Positions 38,900-50,355 of a stretch of 64,000 bases of DNA are shown one piece after another. This DNA comes from Sphyrna mokarran (lineage: Eukaryota). The notes under the pieces are model-generated. The model made no database searches, was not told the origin of the DNA, and saw only the letters and a list, made by a program, of their open reading frames with translations. The first letter of the stretch is position 1; each line of letters opens with the position of its first letter. The DNA lies in contig JAGIQG010000008.1 in assembly GCA_024679065.1 (NCBI GenBank), positions 50,096,001 to 50,160,000 of the forward strand, given 5' to 3'. The translations under genes and the position numbers were made by a program.

Positions 38900-39058
38900 A
38901 GTTGTAGATGCGCCAAGTTTGGTGACATTTAAGAGGTTAGTAGATAAGTTTATGGACGAAAAGGGAATGGTTTAGGTTAGAGGGTCATTGCTTTCTCCTA
39001 ATTGGTCGGCGCAACGTCGAGGGCCGAAGGGCGCTGTAATATTCTATTTCTATTTCTA
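38900..39058 (+). mobile_element. CR1 3' end, same subfamily as 5547-7122
   Basis: VVDAPSLVTFKRLVDKFMDEKGMV* matches the end of ORF 5645-5944. Confidence 0.9.
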
Positions 39059-41189
39059 ACCTTTTCAAAAGTAAATGCCCCGGTCATGTCTGCTGCTAAA
39101 TTGTAGCAGAGTCTCCATCACAGAACCTGTGGGAATTTATACATCATACAATATAAATCTATGAAAATCTATATCCAGTATCCCATGGGACTTATCTTGC
39201 TTCATTCATGGAGCCATTCTTTGGCATTATATTTGGTTCTTGGTAGTGGCTGCTGTGTAAGGTGGTGAAATGTTGCTGCTAATATTAATCCTACCCTTGA
39301 GGAGGAATACACCATGCCTCCTCCCCTACCCTCCACTACGATATGCAGAAGTGGTGTCCCTGGTCCAGCATCAAGAAGGGATCGGCACGGATCAGCAACT
39401 AGAGGTTGAACTGGGGGAGAGGGGGGATAGGAGAAGGATGGGATAAGTGTCTGTATGGGAAAGGGATATCAGCATAGTATAGACTGTAAGGGCAGAAGAG
39501 TAATTCAATGCAGTAGGAAGGATAAGGAATTGTAAATAATTTAGCAATCTGATTTTGACAAGAGACTTATCTACAATCATGCACAATTTCTGCGAGAAAT
39601 TAGGAAACTTCCCACAGATTTGTCATCATGGCTTCTTTAGCGGCACTTCTCAAACCTGTCAGAAGGACAAGGGTAGAAGGTACATGGAAGCACTATCAGA
39701 TCCATTTTTCTGGGTCAAAACGCTGAAACATGTAACAACATGTGGGCTAACCTTATCTATACCAAATGCAGCTTTTCAGGAAAAATGTTGACCGCCACTG
39801 AGGGTCAGTTGAGATAGCCAATACATGCCAGCAATGCCCACTTCCCAAGATTGAATTTTTAACAATCTTACCCAAGTCACAATGATGCTGCACATGGACA
39901 CACACATACTGAGCTTGTAAATAGATGTTAATAAATTAAGGATCTGGAATTCAAAAGGTACTGTAAAAGGACTATAAGGTTTGAATAAACATGCAAATAA
40001 AGCATCCAGCACAGTTGCTTACAGTTCTATACATTGCAAAAATGCTAAATGTTTACCTCTGTGACCCCATGCTATTGCAATGCCCTGACAACCACACTCT
40101 TCTCCGTGCAGTCTCGGTGCATCAGTAACGAGATAGAAAAAAAAAGTTTCTCCCAAAACGCAAGGCAGAATTTCTCATCTTTTATTCCATTACTGAGCAG
40201 TGTCACAAACCATTCGCTCAATTTGTATTTTCTTTGACAGTACAACCTGTCATGTGCTGTCAGTGGAACCCAGTTAGAGATTACTGTAATTTGAAAGTTC
40301 ACTGAGAACACAAAGGGGAAGTGAACCAATTCACAGTCTGTGCTGTAGGCGAAAAGAACTGCAAAATTCATTTTTTTTTTACATATACTAGGTTGTGTGG
40401 AGAATTTATCTCACTGCAGTTCTAGTGAGCTGTGACTGAGGTTTTGTTTTTACTAAGTATATTGTACTGGCAATCAATCTAATTATAAGTCAGAACGATT
40501 AAAACAGATATTGGATAGATAGAACATGTTTAACCAAATCCCGCAGCTTTGGGAAAACAGTAGATTTTAATTGTTCAAAAAAGGGAGTGATTTCAAAACA
40601 GTAAGATTCTAAAATGGGCACATAACTAATTACTTCCCAAAGAGTCAATTAAATGACTTATTGAGTAGACAAGACAGCAAGAAATCTTCATGTGTCGTGC
40701 AGGGAATAAGGAGCCAATTAGAGCTCTTTTCTGGTTACTGATATGTCTTCAGGCACTATTATCTCGCTCCAGTCTTTCAACACTTCGGAGAAATAGAGAG
40801 CAGGATTCTCCACTCACACCAGAGGTGGGAATCGGGGCACAACATTTGGCATGATGGCAGAAACTGTTTCCTGTGAGCAGGAAATTAGTTTGTAACATCA
40901 ACATTCTGGGGGCTACCATTGACCAGAACTGAATTTTACCAGCCATTTCAATACTGTGGCTACAAGAGCAGGTCAAGAGGCTGGGAACTTTGTGGCAAGT
41001 AACTCACCTCCAGACTCCCCAAAGCTTGTCCACCACCTACAGGGCACAAGTCAGAAGTTTGATGGAATACTCTCCATTTGCCTGGATGAATGCAGCTCCA
41101 ACAATAAGAAGCTCAACACCATCCAGGATAAAGCAAACTGCTTGATTTGTGTCCCATCCACAAATATTCACTCCCTCCACCATCAATGA

Positions 41190-41612
41190 TTTGATTTGAT
41201 TTATTATTGTCACATGTACTAATATACAGTAAAAAGTATTGTTTCTTGCATGCTATACAAACAAAGCTTACTGTTCATAAAGAAGGAAAGGAGAGAGTGC
41301 AGAATGTACTGTCACAGTCATTGCTGGGGTGGAGACAAAAATCAACTTAGCACAAGGTAGATCCATTCCAAAGTTTGATGGCAGGAGGGAAGAAGCTGTT
41401 CTTGAATTGGTTTGTACGTGATCTTAGGCTTTTCTATGAAAGAAGATAGAAGAGAAAATGTCCGGGGTGCATGGGGTCTTTAATTATGCTGGCTGCTTTT
41501 TTGAGGCAGCATGACAGAGTCAATGGATGGAAGGCTGGTTTGCATGATGCTACATTCATGACCCTTTGGTTTTGGGCAGAGCAGGAGCCATACCAAGCTG
41601 TGCTACTACCAA
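41190..41612 (-). mobile_element. Rex1/Babar LINE 3' part
   Basis: (TTTGA)n tail; AATGA on both flanks. Confidence 0.87.
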
Positions 41613-41783
41613 AATGAATGAACATTGGCAACTGTGTGCACCATCTTAGGATCACAGAATCATACAGTACCCATTGAATCTGCACTGAAACACGAAAAGC
41701 ACCTGATCTCCCACCTATTCCCATTTACCAGCACTTGGCCCAATAGAATGCACTGCAGTAACTCAGTGAAGCTGCTTTGACAG

Positions 41784-42122
41784 ATGTTGAGAGGTATTGA
41801 GCGAGTGGATTCTCAGAGGTTTTTTTTCCAGGGCTGAAATGGCTGCCACAAGAGGACACAGATTTAGGATGCTGGGGAGTAGGTACAGAAGAGATGTCGG
41901 GGGTAAGTTTTTTGCTCAAAGGGTGCTGGGTGTGTGGAATCGGCTGCCGGCAGTGGTAGTGGAGGTGGATTTGATAGGGTCTTTTGAGAGACTTTTGAAT
42001 AAGTACATGGGATTTAGTAAGACAGAGGTTATAGATAGGCTTTGTAGGTAGAGACATCTTCGGTACAACTTGTGGGCTGAAGGGGCTGTTTGTGCTGTAG
42101 TTTTTCTATGTTTTATGTTCCA
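41784..42122 (+). mobile_element. CR1 3' end, same subfamily as 23080-23479
   Basis: AEMAATRGHRFR..FFAQRVLGVWNRLP; CR1 tail. Confidence 0.92.
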
Positions 42123-42321
42123 TCTCAGCACATTCCAAACCACTGACCATTGCCACCTAGAAGGACAAGGGTAGCAGACACAAAATGTTCAGTTAAATAT
42201 TCATCTAACCTGTGACCCAGGAAGCTAATCCAGAATGTTTGAACCAGGTACGCAGAGAGCTCTCATGACTCTTACATCTTGATTCACTTACAGTGTTCAA
42301 TAGAGTGGAATTATTTCCTCT

Positions 42322-43235
42322 AGCAGAGTACAAGAGCTGGCCTTTAATGTTGCAGTTGTATAAAACGCTGGTTAGATCTCATTTGGAATACTGCGTCCAG
42401 TTCTGGTCGCCTTACTATCGGAATGATGTGGAGACTCTGGAGAGAGTGCAGAGGAGGTTTACCAGGATGCTGCCTGGTATGGAAGGTCTGAGTTACGAGG
42501 AGAGATTAGGCAAATTGGGACTGTTTTCCTTAGAAAGATGTAGACTTAGATGAGATCTGATAGAGGTGTACAAGAGAGTGGTGGGGGTATGGAATGCGCT
42601 GCCAAGTAAAGTGGTGGAGGCAGGTACTCTGGAGTTATTTAAGAAATACTTAAATGGGCTCATGAACAGAATGGGAATGGAGGGGTATAGAAAACGGATT
42701 TAAAATAGGGGTCATGAGCCTTGGGAGTCCCTAGGAAGTGTGTAAATAGATGATGATATTGATGTACTTGTTTTTATCCTACAGGTGCTTTGGTCCACCT
42801 TGTTGTCTAATGAGGGGCAAAAACGCGATGGGTCGTGAGAGGGCTGTTCTTGGATCTTTTTTGAGAGTATCCTACTGCTTCACGTTGTTAGTGTATGCTT
42901 GACCTGGACCATCTGGTGGGCAACACGACAGCTCAGTGACTATTGCTGTGCTGTGCAGATACATGGATTTGGGCCTGTGTCTGTGGGAGTTTGCGCATTC
43001 TCCCCGTGCTTGCGTGGGTTTTCTCCGGGTGCTCCGGTTTCCTCCCCCATCCCAAAGATGTGCTCTTAGGCTAATTGGCAAAACAAATTCTCCCTAAATT
43101 GTCTCAAATTTGGTTTTAATCCATAGATCTATAAACATGGACAGGGATCGCGGGTAGAGGTGGGAACATCGGGGTGGCAGCGTGGGCTCGTTGGGCCGAA
43201 AGGCCTGTTTCCCGTGCTGTTTTGTTCTTTGTTCG
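42322..43235 (+). mobile_element. CR1 subfamily A copy with internal deletion and long 3' UTR
   Basis: Near-identical reverse complement of 15054-16110; deletion at ~42574 (TACAAG|AGAGTGGTGG). Confidence 0.95.
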
Positions 43236-43399
43236 AAACAAAGAAGAAAAAAATTAAAAATTACTCCTGAAATGAAGAAGCACTTCTGTATAAAAAGGGT
43301 CACAGAAACCAGAGCCTTCTCCCAAACATAGCTGTGGTTATATCAATGGAAAATTTCAAAACTGATTAACATATTTTTGTTATGCAGGGATATTGAAGG

Positions 43400-44460
43400 T
43401 TATCATAGATCGGGTACAAAACAGAAGGAAGCAATATGGTCCATCAAGTTCCATATACCTCTCTGAAAGAGTATTCCAGCTAATTCTGTTCTTCTATCCT
43501 TTCAATACAGAGAATCATGAATCCCTACACTGCAGAAGGAGATCATTTGGCCCACCTAAGCCCTATCCTGGTAATCCCACATATTTATCTCACTAATCCC
43601 TCTAACCTACGCATGTCAGAACAGTAAGGGGCAATTTACCATGGCCGTCCACCCAACCTGCACATCTTCAGACTGTGGCAGGAAACTGGAGCACCTAGAA
43701 AAACCCACACAGACACGGGCAAAATGTACAAACTCCACACAGACAGTGACCCAAAGTTGGAATAGAACCCAAATCTCTGGAGTTGTGAGGCAGCAGTTCT
43801 AATCACTGTTCCATCGTGCCTCCCTCTGGAATCTGAAATATTTCTGCTTCTTATACACACCGATTTCCCTTCTGGAAACTCAGTTCAAATCTGCTTCCGC
43901 CATCTTTACGGGTATTCTGGATCATAACCGCTTGGATTGTAAAAACGTTTTTCTTCATATTACCTTTGCTCCTTAAGCCTTAATTCTTAAGTGTTCTCAA
44001 GCCTTCCTACATAGGAACAATTTCTCTCTATCCACTCTACGTAGACCCATCCTAATTTTGAACACCTCTATCAAATCTCCTCTTAATCTGCTCTTCAAAG
44101 AAAAAAATCCCAGCTTCAGTAATCTATTCAAATGAAGACCTCATCCTTGGGACCTTTCTAGTAAATCTTTGATGCAATTTTTCCAATACCTTCATATATT
44201 TCTGAAAGTACTGTGTTGTATTAGGACACAACATTCTAGCTGTAGACAAGCATTTTTTAATGCTTCATAATTGCTTTCTTGCATTTGTGCTCAATGCCTC
44301 TATCTATAAAGCCCAGAATCCTATATGCATTTCCAACTACTTTCCAACCTGTTCTGTCCTACAGTTTTTAATGGTTTTGTGCACATATGGCTCTTGATCT
44401 TATTGTTCATATCCTCCCTTTAAAATTATATTCTTTAGTTCATATTCCCTCTCCTCAGGT
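43400..44460 (-). mobile_element. Old CR1, decayed, with HE1 insertion
   Basis: CACCTCTATCAAATCTCCTCTTAA (LRGDLIEV on -) and neighbouring CR1 motifs. Confidence 0.7.
43505..43825 (-). mobile_element. HE1-type V-SINE
   Basis: Head, V-domain and CR1-type tail on the - strand. Confidence 0.9.
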
Positions 44461-44655
44461 ATCAGCTGTAGTGCAGTTAAAATACTCTTGCCTTGACCCA
44501 AATGATATTGAGTTTAAGTCCCACTTAAGGATTTAAGACCAAATAAATCAAGGCTGACTATCTATTGAGATGTTAAACCAAGATCCTTTCTCCAATAGAT
44601 GTAAAAAAGTCCCATGGCACTATGTTGAAGAAAGGCAGGGAGTTCATCACCGGCT
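44460..44655 (+). mobile_element. DeuSINE 5' part
   Basis: GAGATGTTAAACC..GATGTAAAAAAGTCCCATGGCACTATGTTGAAGAA. Confidence 0.7.
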
Positions 44656-45434
44656 GTAGTATTGTGGCCTTCTGAGGGCCACATGCCCGTTGAAGACATA
44701 GCTCCAGTGGGAAGCTGAGTCAATCGTCTGGTCGAGAAGGGACTCGCCGTTGAAGTATGGGAGTCCAGAAGAATGATCACACTTATAGTCTAATCTTACC
44801 TTGTTGTACGTGCATATAAATACTCTGCTGACAATAAAGCCTTTATAATTAAAGCTGCATTGAGTCACCCTCCATCTATTTCCTATGATAAAGAGAGAGG
44901 GTCCAGGCAGTTTTCTTGTCTGCCCTGTGCTGGAGAGAGACTTATTGTGGGAGGGGAAATTTCCAGTGGAGAAGGCATTGAATAAATAAAAGGGTGTTGA
45001 ATCAAGGTTAGGTGGATGCAACAAATCAAGATATTCAGTCACGGCAGGAGAACAAAATAATAATTTGGGAAATTAAGGTCAGAGCATGGCAGGAAACCCA
45101 GAAGTCATAGACCTTGCTAGGAAGATTGCAGCTTCTGATTGGCGGGTGATGTTATCAAGTTCATGCACAGACCTGCTGAATCCACACCCAATGGGCAAAA
45201 AAATTCAGGCCCAAAAGTTTGCTCTTGTTACATGACATATACCATATTAAAACCTCAATCCCTGTTAACTACATGTTGCAAATGGACATCTATATTGTAG
45301 AATCTGTTTACCCAATATCTCAAGATGGAATATTCAAATCATAGTGCTCCTGTTTTCATACCTTTTTATTATTGATTATCCCCATTTTCCCAGTAACTGC
45401 TAATATTCTGTTCTACAAAATTATATATTTTTTT

Positions 45435-47055
45435 TTAAGAGCAACACAGCACGGGAAACAGGCCCTTCGGCCCAACGAGCCCGCGCCGCCGTCATAACTA
45501 TATAGTAGCAAATCCATTATCCTATTTTATTATTCCTATATAATAATATATATATTATTCCTAATATGGAAAATTCTCACCATAGGGACAATTTGTTTCC
45601 CAATCAGCCTAAGAGCGAATTTTTGGGTTGTGGGAGGAAACCGAGTGCCAGAGAAAACCCACGCAACCACAGGGAGAACGCGCAAACTCCCGCAGACACC
45701 GGCCCAATTCCAAGTGTCTGCACAGCCACATCGATAGTCTCTGAGCTGTCATGGTGCCCTTCAGATGGTCCACATAAAGCACTCATTTACGACATGAGGT
45801 ACCAGGCAACCCATGAATCAACATCCAAGAGCTGTACCCGCACCACCTGCCGAATGCATGCTCAATGTTGGTCAAGTATGGACCGAATTACCTGTGGAAA
45901 AAAGCCGTAGTTAAACAGTCCTAATATATCCCTCTATCTGCATACCGCTCATGTGGCTGTCCAAGAGACCCTTAAACAGCCCCAGCGTGCCTGCTCCCAC
46001 CACCTTACTCGGCAGTGCATTCCACACCCCCACTACCCTTTGTGTGAAAAACTGCCCTCTAATATTCGTCTATACATAGCCCCCCTCACCCTATGGCCAT
46101 GACCCCTCGTCCTATCCATTTCTAAGGTGGAAAAAGTTTACCTCCATTTACTCTATCTATACCCCTTATAATCTTATACACCTCTATGAGATCCCCTCTA
46201 AGCCGACGTCTTTCAAGGGAAAACAACCCCAGTCTATCTAATCGTTCCTCATAAGACAGTCCTTCCATACCAGGCAGCATCCTGGTAAACCTCCTCTGCA
46301 CTCTCTCCAAGGACTCCACATCCTTCCGATAGTACGGCGACCAGAACTGGACGCAGTATTCCAAGTGAGGCCTAACCAAAGTTCTATACAACTGCAACAT
46401 CAAACTCCTACTCTTGTATTCTATACCCTTTTCTATGAAAGCTAACATACTATACGCCTTCTTTATCACCTTCTCCACCTGTGAGGACACCTTCAGAGAC
46501 TTGTGAACCTGCACCCCCAAGTCTCTCTGCGTCTCTATGCTCCGTATAGTTTTACCTTTTATCCTATAACTCTCTTCTACATTTTTCCGGCCAAAATGCA
46601 TCACCTCGCATTTATCCGGATTAAATTCCATTTGCCATCTATCTGCCCAGTCTACCAACCTGTCTATGTCCTGTTGTATTGCCTGACACTGCTCTTCTGT
46701 ACCCGCCAATCCAAGCATCTTGGTGTCATCAGCAAATTTGCTGATCTCACCACCTACCCCTACTTCCAAGTCGTTTATGTAGACCACAAATAGAAGAGGA
46801 CCTAGTACTGAGCCTTGTGGCACTCCACTAGTGACAGGCTTCCAGCCGGAAAAAGAGCCTTCCACTACTACCCTCTGTCTCCTCCTCCCGAGCCAGTTCT
46901 CGACCCATCTACATACCCGACCCTGTATCCCATGCGCCTTCACCTTCTCTATCAGTCTACCATGAGGAACCTTGTCAAACGCCTTACTGAAATCCATGTA
47001 GACAACATCAACAGCCTGTCCTTCATCAACTGTTTTTGTCACTTCTTCAAAAGCA
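45435..47055 (-). mobile_element. Young CR1 LINE, subfamily B, with long V-SINE-containing 3' UTR
   Basis: ORF 46122-47096 (DFSKAFDKVPHGRL, GVPQGSVLGP, FADDTK); terminal stop at 45911-45913; ~480-bp 3' UTR. Confidence 0.96.
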
Positions 47056-47147
47056 TTAATTTCCAATTCCAATATTCCAATAATATTCCAAAGCATTAAT
47101 AATTAGAAATGAAATGTGTAGCAACCAAAATAAATGGCATCAAACTT

Positions 47148-47430
47148 GGAGTGGCACTGTGGTGCTGTAGATAGCTCTGCTGCCTCATAGCACTAGGGTT
47201 CGATTCCCGGCTTGTGTCATTGTGTTGAGTCTGCACGTTCTCCCTGTGTCTACGTGGCTCCCCTCCAGGTGCTCCGGTTTCTTCCAACAGTCCGAAAAAC
47301 CTGCTGGTGCAGTGGTCATGCTAAATTCTCCACATGTACTTTATCAGGCACTAGTGGCACCTCGGGGATTTTCAAAGTAACTTCATTGTAATACGAATGT
47401 AAGCCTATCTGTGACCCATAAATAGATTTT
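47148..47430 (+). mobile_element. V-SINE variant with Rex1-like tail
   Basis: B-box GGTTCGATTCC, V-domain, tail GTAACTTCATTG..GTAAGCCTATCTGTGAC. Confidence 0.85.
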
Positions 47431-48459
47431 TCCCAAGATTCTTGTTGTAGATTTCGGAACAGGATGGCAGTGGATTGGAATCTTTTTTTCACTCAGTTTT
47501 GAAACTAATTCAGGCACACATAATACTCCTCTCTCCTTGATTACTGAGAGCTATAAATGGACCCTGCTTTGTTTTGACCTGTAGATAAGAAACATTCCTG
47601 ACTCATTCCAAATGAGGGCTTCATCCTGGGGTGGCCCAGGAAAGTTTCTTGCTTGGCTTATAAGTTCTGACTTTTTTCATTTGATCATATTGTGTTTATT
47701 TTTCATTATGAGTTTAGTCTGTCGTGCGTGGATTGAACTTGCATGTAGAATAGACCTGGTTGGGGTGACAGATTTATGTGGTATTTAACTTGGGTGATTC
47801 TCCAGCGCAGCAGGCCAGGAAACAGCAGCAGAGGTTGTTTTGCAGGTCTGTGCATGTCTCTCAGCCTAAGATTTGCAGAATAGTGAGGTCCGTGCTGGAG
47901 ATTGGCATGAAGCTGATTACCACATGGAAATCGGCAATTAAATTTGATCAGCAGGTCCAGGACTGAGGATTCTGGGCCTGTTAGCATTTCTCCTCCCTGC
48001 TGGAAGTGGTTCACTCCAGCGGGGTTCACAACTGCTTCTCACTAATGAAAAACAGGTGGATCCCGCTGGAGAAAACAGAGTCCATTGAGGCTGCCCCTCC
48101 CCTTCCCCCCCACTACTGCCCCCCAGGAGGCCAAGGGTAAGAGAGAATGCCCCCTGTCAGAGAGTCGGTACGGACTCAATGGGTCGAGTGGCCTCCTTCT
48201 GCACTGTAGGTATTGTATATCCAGGTGGCTAGTATTTACCTGCCCAGATTATTGGAAGGCTATTCTACCACGAGGCATCAGCATCAAGTCACACCCTGAA
48301 CTCACCTGAAACTCTATACATGTTCTTTTGCCAGGGATACTTGGACAACAACCAGGACTGGAAATCTGGGCTATTTTCCACTTCCTTACCCTGCTTAGAT
48401 TGATTGTAGCTTCTCTACTGTTGGCCCAGCTGAAGCGAATAAGGTCAGCACAGATTGAT

Positions 48460-49960
48460 GAAGCTACTCACATAGGCAGAATTTACAGCACAGAAACAGG
48501 CCAAACAACCCAATTACCTCATTTCTGTTCTATATGAGACTTGTCACACTCTGCCTCATTTAACCCTAGTTTTTCCTTCCTCTTATCCTAGTGTGAAGCT
48601 TATCAGGGGTAGTTGGGAATGTGGAGCTGTGGTAACAATAAGATCAGCTACAATCTTACTGTATGGCAGAACAGGCTTGAGAGGCTCAGTGGCCCAATCC
48701 TAACCTGTATGTTTGTACGTTCATATGAAGTGTTTATTCTATTCACCTCAATTATTCCACGTGGTAGTGAGTTCCACATTCTTCCTACTTCTCTAGATAA
48801 AGATATTACTCCTGAATGCCTTATTCGTGACTATCATATTTATAGTCCCTAGTTTTGAAATTTTTACAAGCAGATGCATTTTCTCAATATATATGCTATC
48901 AAATACATCTGTAATTTTAATGACCTTCCCTTTTTTAAAACAAACAGCTTGTTCAGTATTTCTTGATAGTTATGACATGGATATCTGCCTTGTAATACTT
49001 TTTGCACCTTTTTATTCTTTTTATAACATGGAGATTGGAGCTGCTCTTCTATGCCAATTAACCTCTTATATTCCAAAAGGGATGTGGCCTCTTTATTTTT
49101 CTTACCAAAATGCACCACAGCATATTTATATTGAAATTAATGTGATTTTTCCACAAGTCTTCTTGTATTTTGTTGCAGTCTTTCTCAATTTTATCCATAC
49201 CCCTCAATTTGTTGCCTACTGCAAACTTTGAAATTATATTTTCAATTTATGAATCCAAATTGTTTATAAAAACAAGTGCGATCCCAGGACTGATCTATGT
49301 CAGTTCCCATCCTCCTCCAACCTGAGCATATATTTTTAATACTTCCTGTTTTCGCTGTGAAGCACCGTGGGATGTTTCATTATGTTGAAGATGTTATGTA
49401 AGTATTATCGTTCTTATTATTTTCTGTTTTGTAGCCAGCTTGCTATTCATTACATTACTTATCCCCGAGTCCACTTACTCTGATTTTAGAAAAACTTGTT
49501 ATGTTAAGAAAATCTCATATAATTACACCTAATGCATTAATATTTTCTACGCTATTGGTTCTTCAAAGATTTCAATAAGGTTAGTCAAGTGTGACCTCCT
49601 TGCCTTTTGACACCTGCTCTAAGCTTTAAAAGTTAAATTTCCTAAATGTTTTTCTTTTTCAGATTTGAGTGAAGATTCAATTATCTTCCCTACCACAAAC
49701 ATTAAAATAACTGGTCTAGATTTTCCTGGACCTGGTCTGTAGTTCCCTGACCTGCTCTATCTCCTTTTTTAAAACATGTGTAGAGTATTGACTGTCCTCT
49801 GGCACTCTACTGTTAAGTAATGTGATTTTTAAAATGCAAAATAGTGGTGCGATAACCTCTTTTTTAGTTTCTTTTTGTGTACAAGATATAAGATTTTAAA
49901 CTCTCTAAGCTTAGCTAGTTTACCTCCCTCTTTTATAACTTAACAGGTATTTCTGGGAAC
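48460..49960 (-). mobile_element. Very old CR1 fragments
   Basis: VHFGKKN remnant (ORF 48864-49118) and other degenerate RT motifs. Confidence 0.6.
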
Positions 49961-50340
49961 CCCCAAATCTGGATAACTCACTGGCCAAACTTGAGGAGAC
50001 AATTAGTTATTGTAATAGTGAAAAGGGAGGTGAGCGATCTAAGTAGAATTCCAAGAAGAGAAGGAAGCCAGAAGGGTTTGAGATTTTCTAATCATGTACC
50101 ATAATTGAATAGTGATGAAAGCTGATTGTGTGAACCGTGGAGTCGTTGCCTGATTCAGGAGGCGGAATGGTTTACAAGTGATTCCACAAGCTATTTATTC
50201 AGTGTTTCTGTTTATCTCAGACAGACTACTTAACTGATGTACTCACCACTGGTCGTTGTTTGTCTTTGTCCAATTTAAATTATGCATGAAAACCAGAACA
50301 GGCAGTGGAGAATTGATAGCGCGTTGTTTCAAATGCTTAC

Positions 50341-50355
50341 TTTGACAGCCGTGGA
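50341..50355 (-). other. Candidate 15-nt microexon
   Basis: Minus strand: CTCTCTCTGTCGCTTCAG|TCCACGGCTGTCAAA|GTAAGC, in non-repetitive CpG-retaining DNA. Confidence 0.35.

Larger units (their letters stand above)
40850..42182 (+). mobile_element. CR1/L2-clade LINE 3' part carrying three nested insertions
   Basis: KLNTIQDKANCLI..NIHSLHH remnant; pieces resume at ~41618-41648, ~41745-41783 and ~42125-42182. Confidence 0.75.

Noticed and set aside
46122-47096. 324-aa RT ORF as a functional or domesticated gene
   Set aside because: It is a 5'-truncated CR1 ORF2; the N-terminus derives from junction filler, there is no endonuclease domain, and the 3' end is disrupted.
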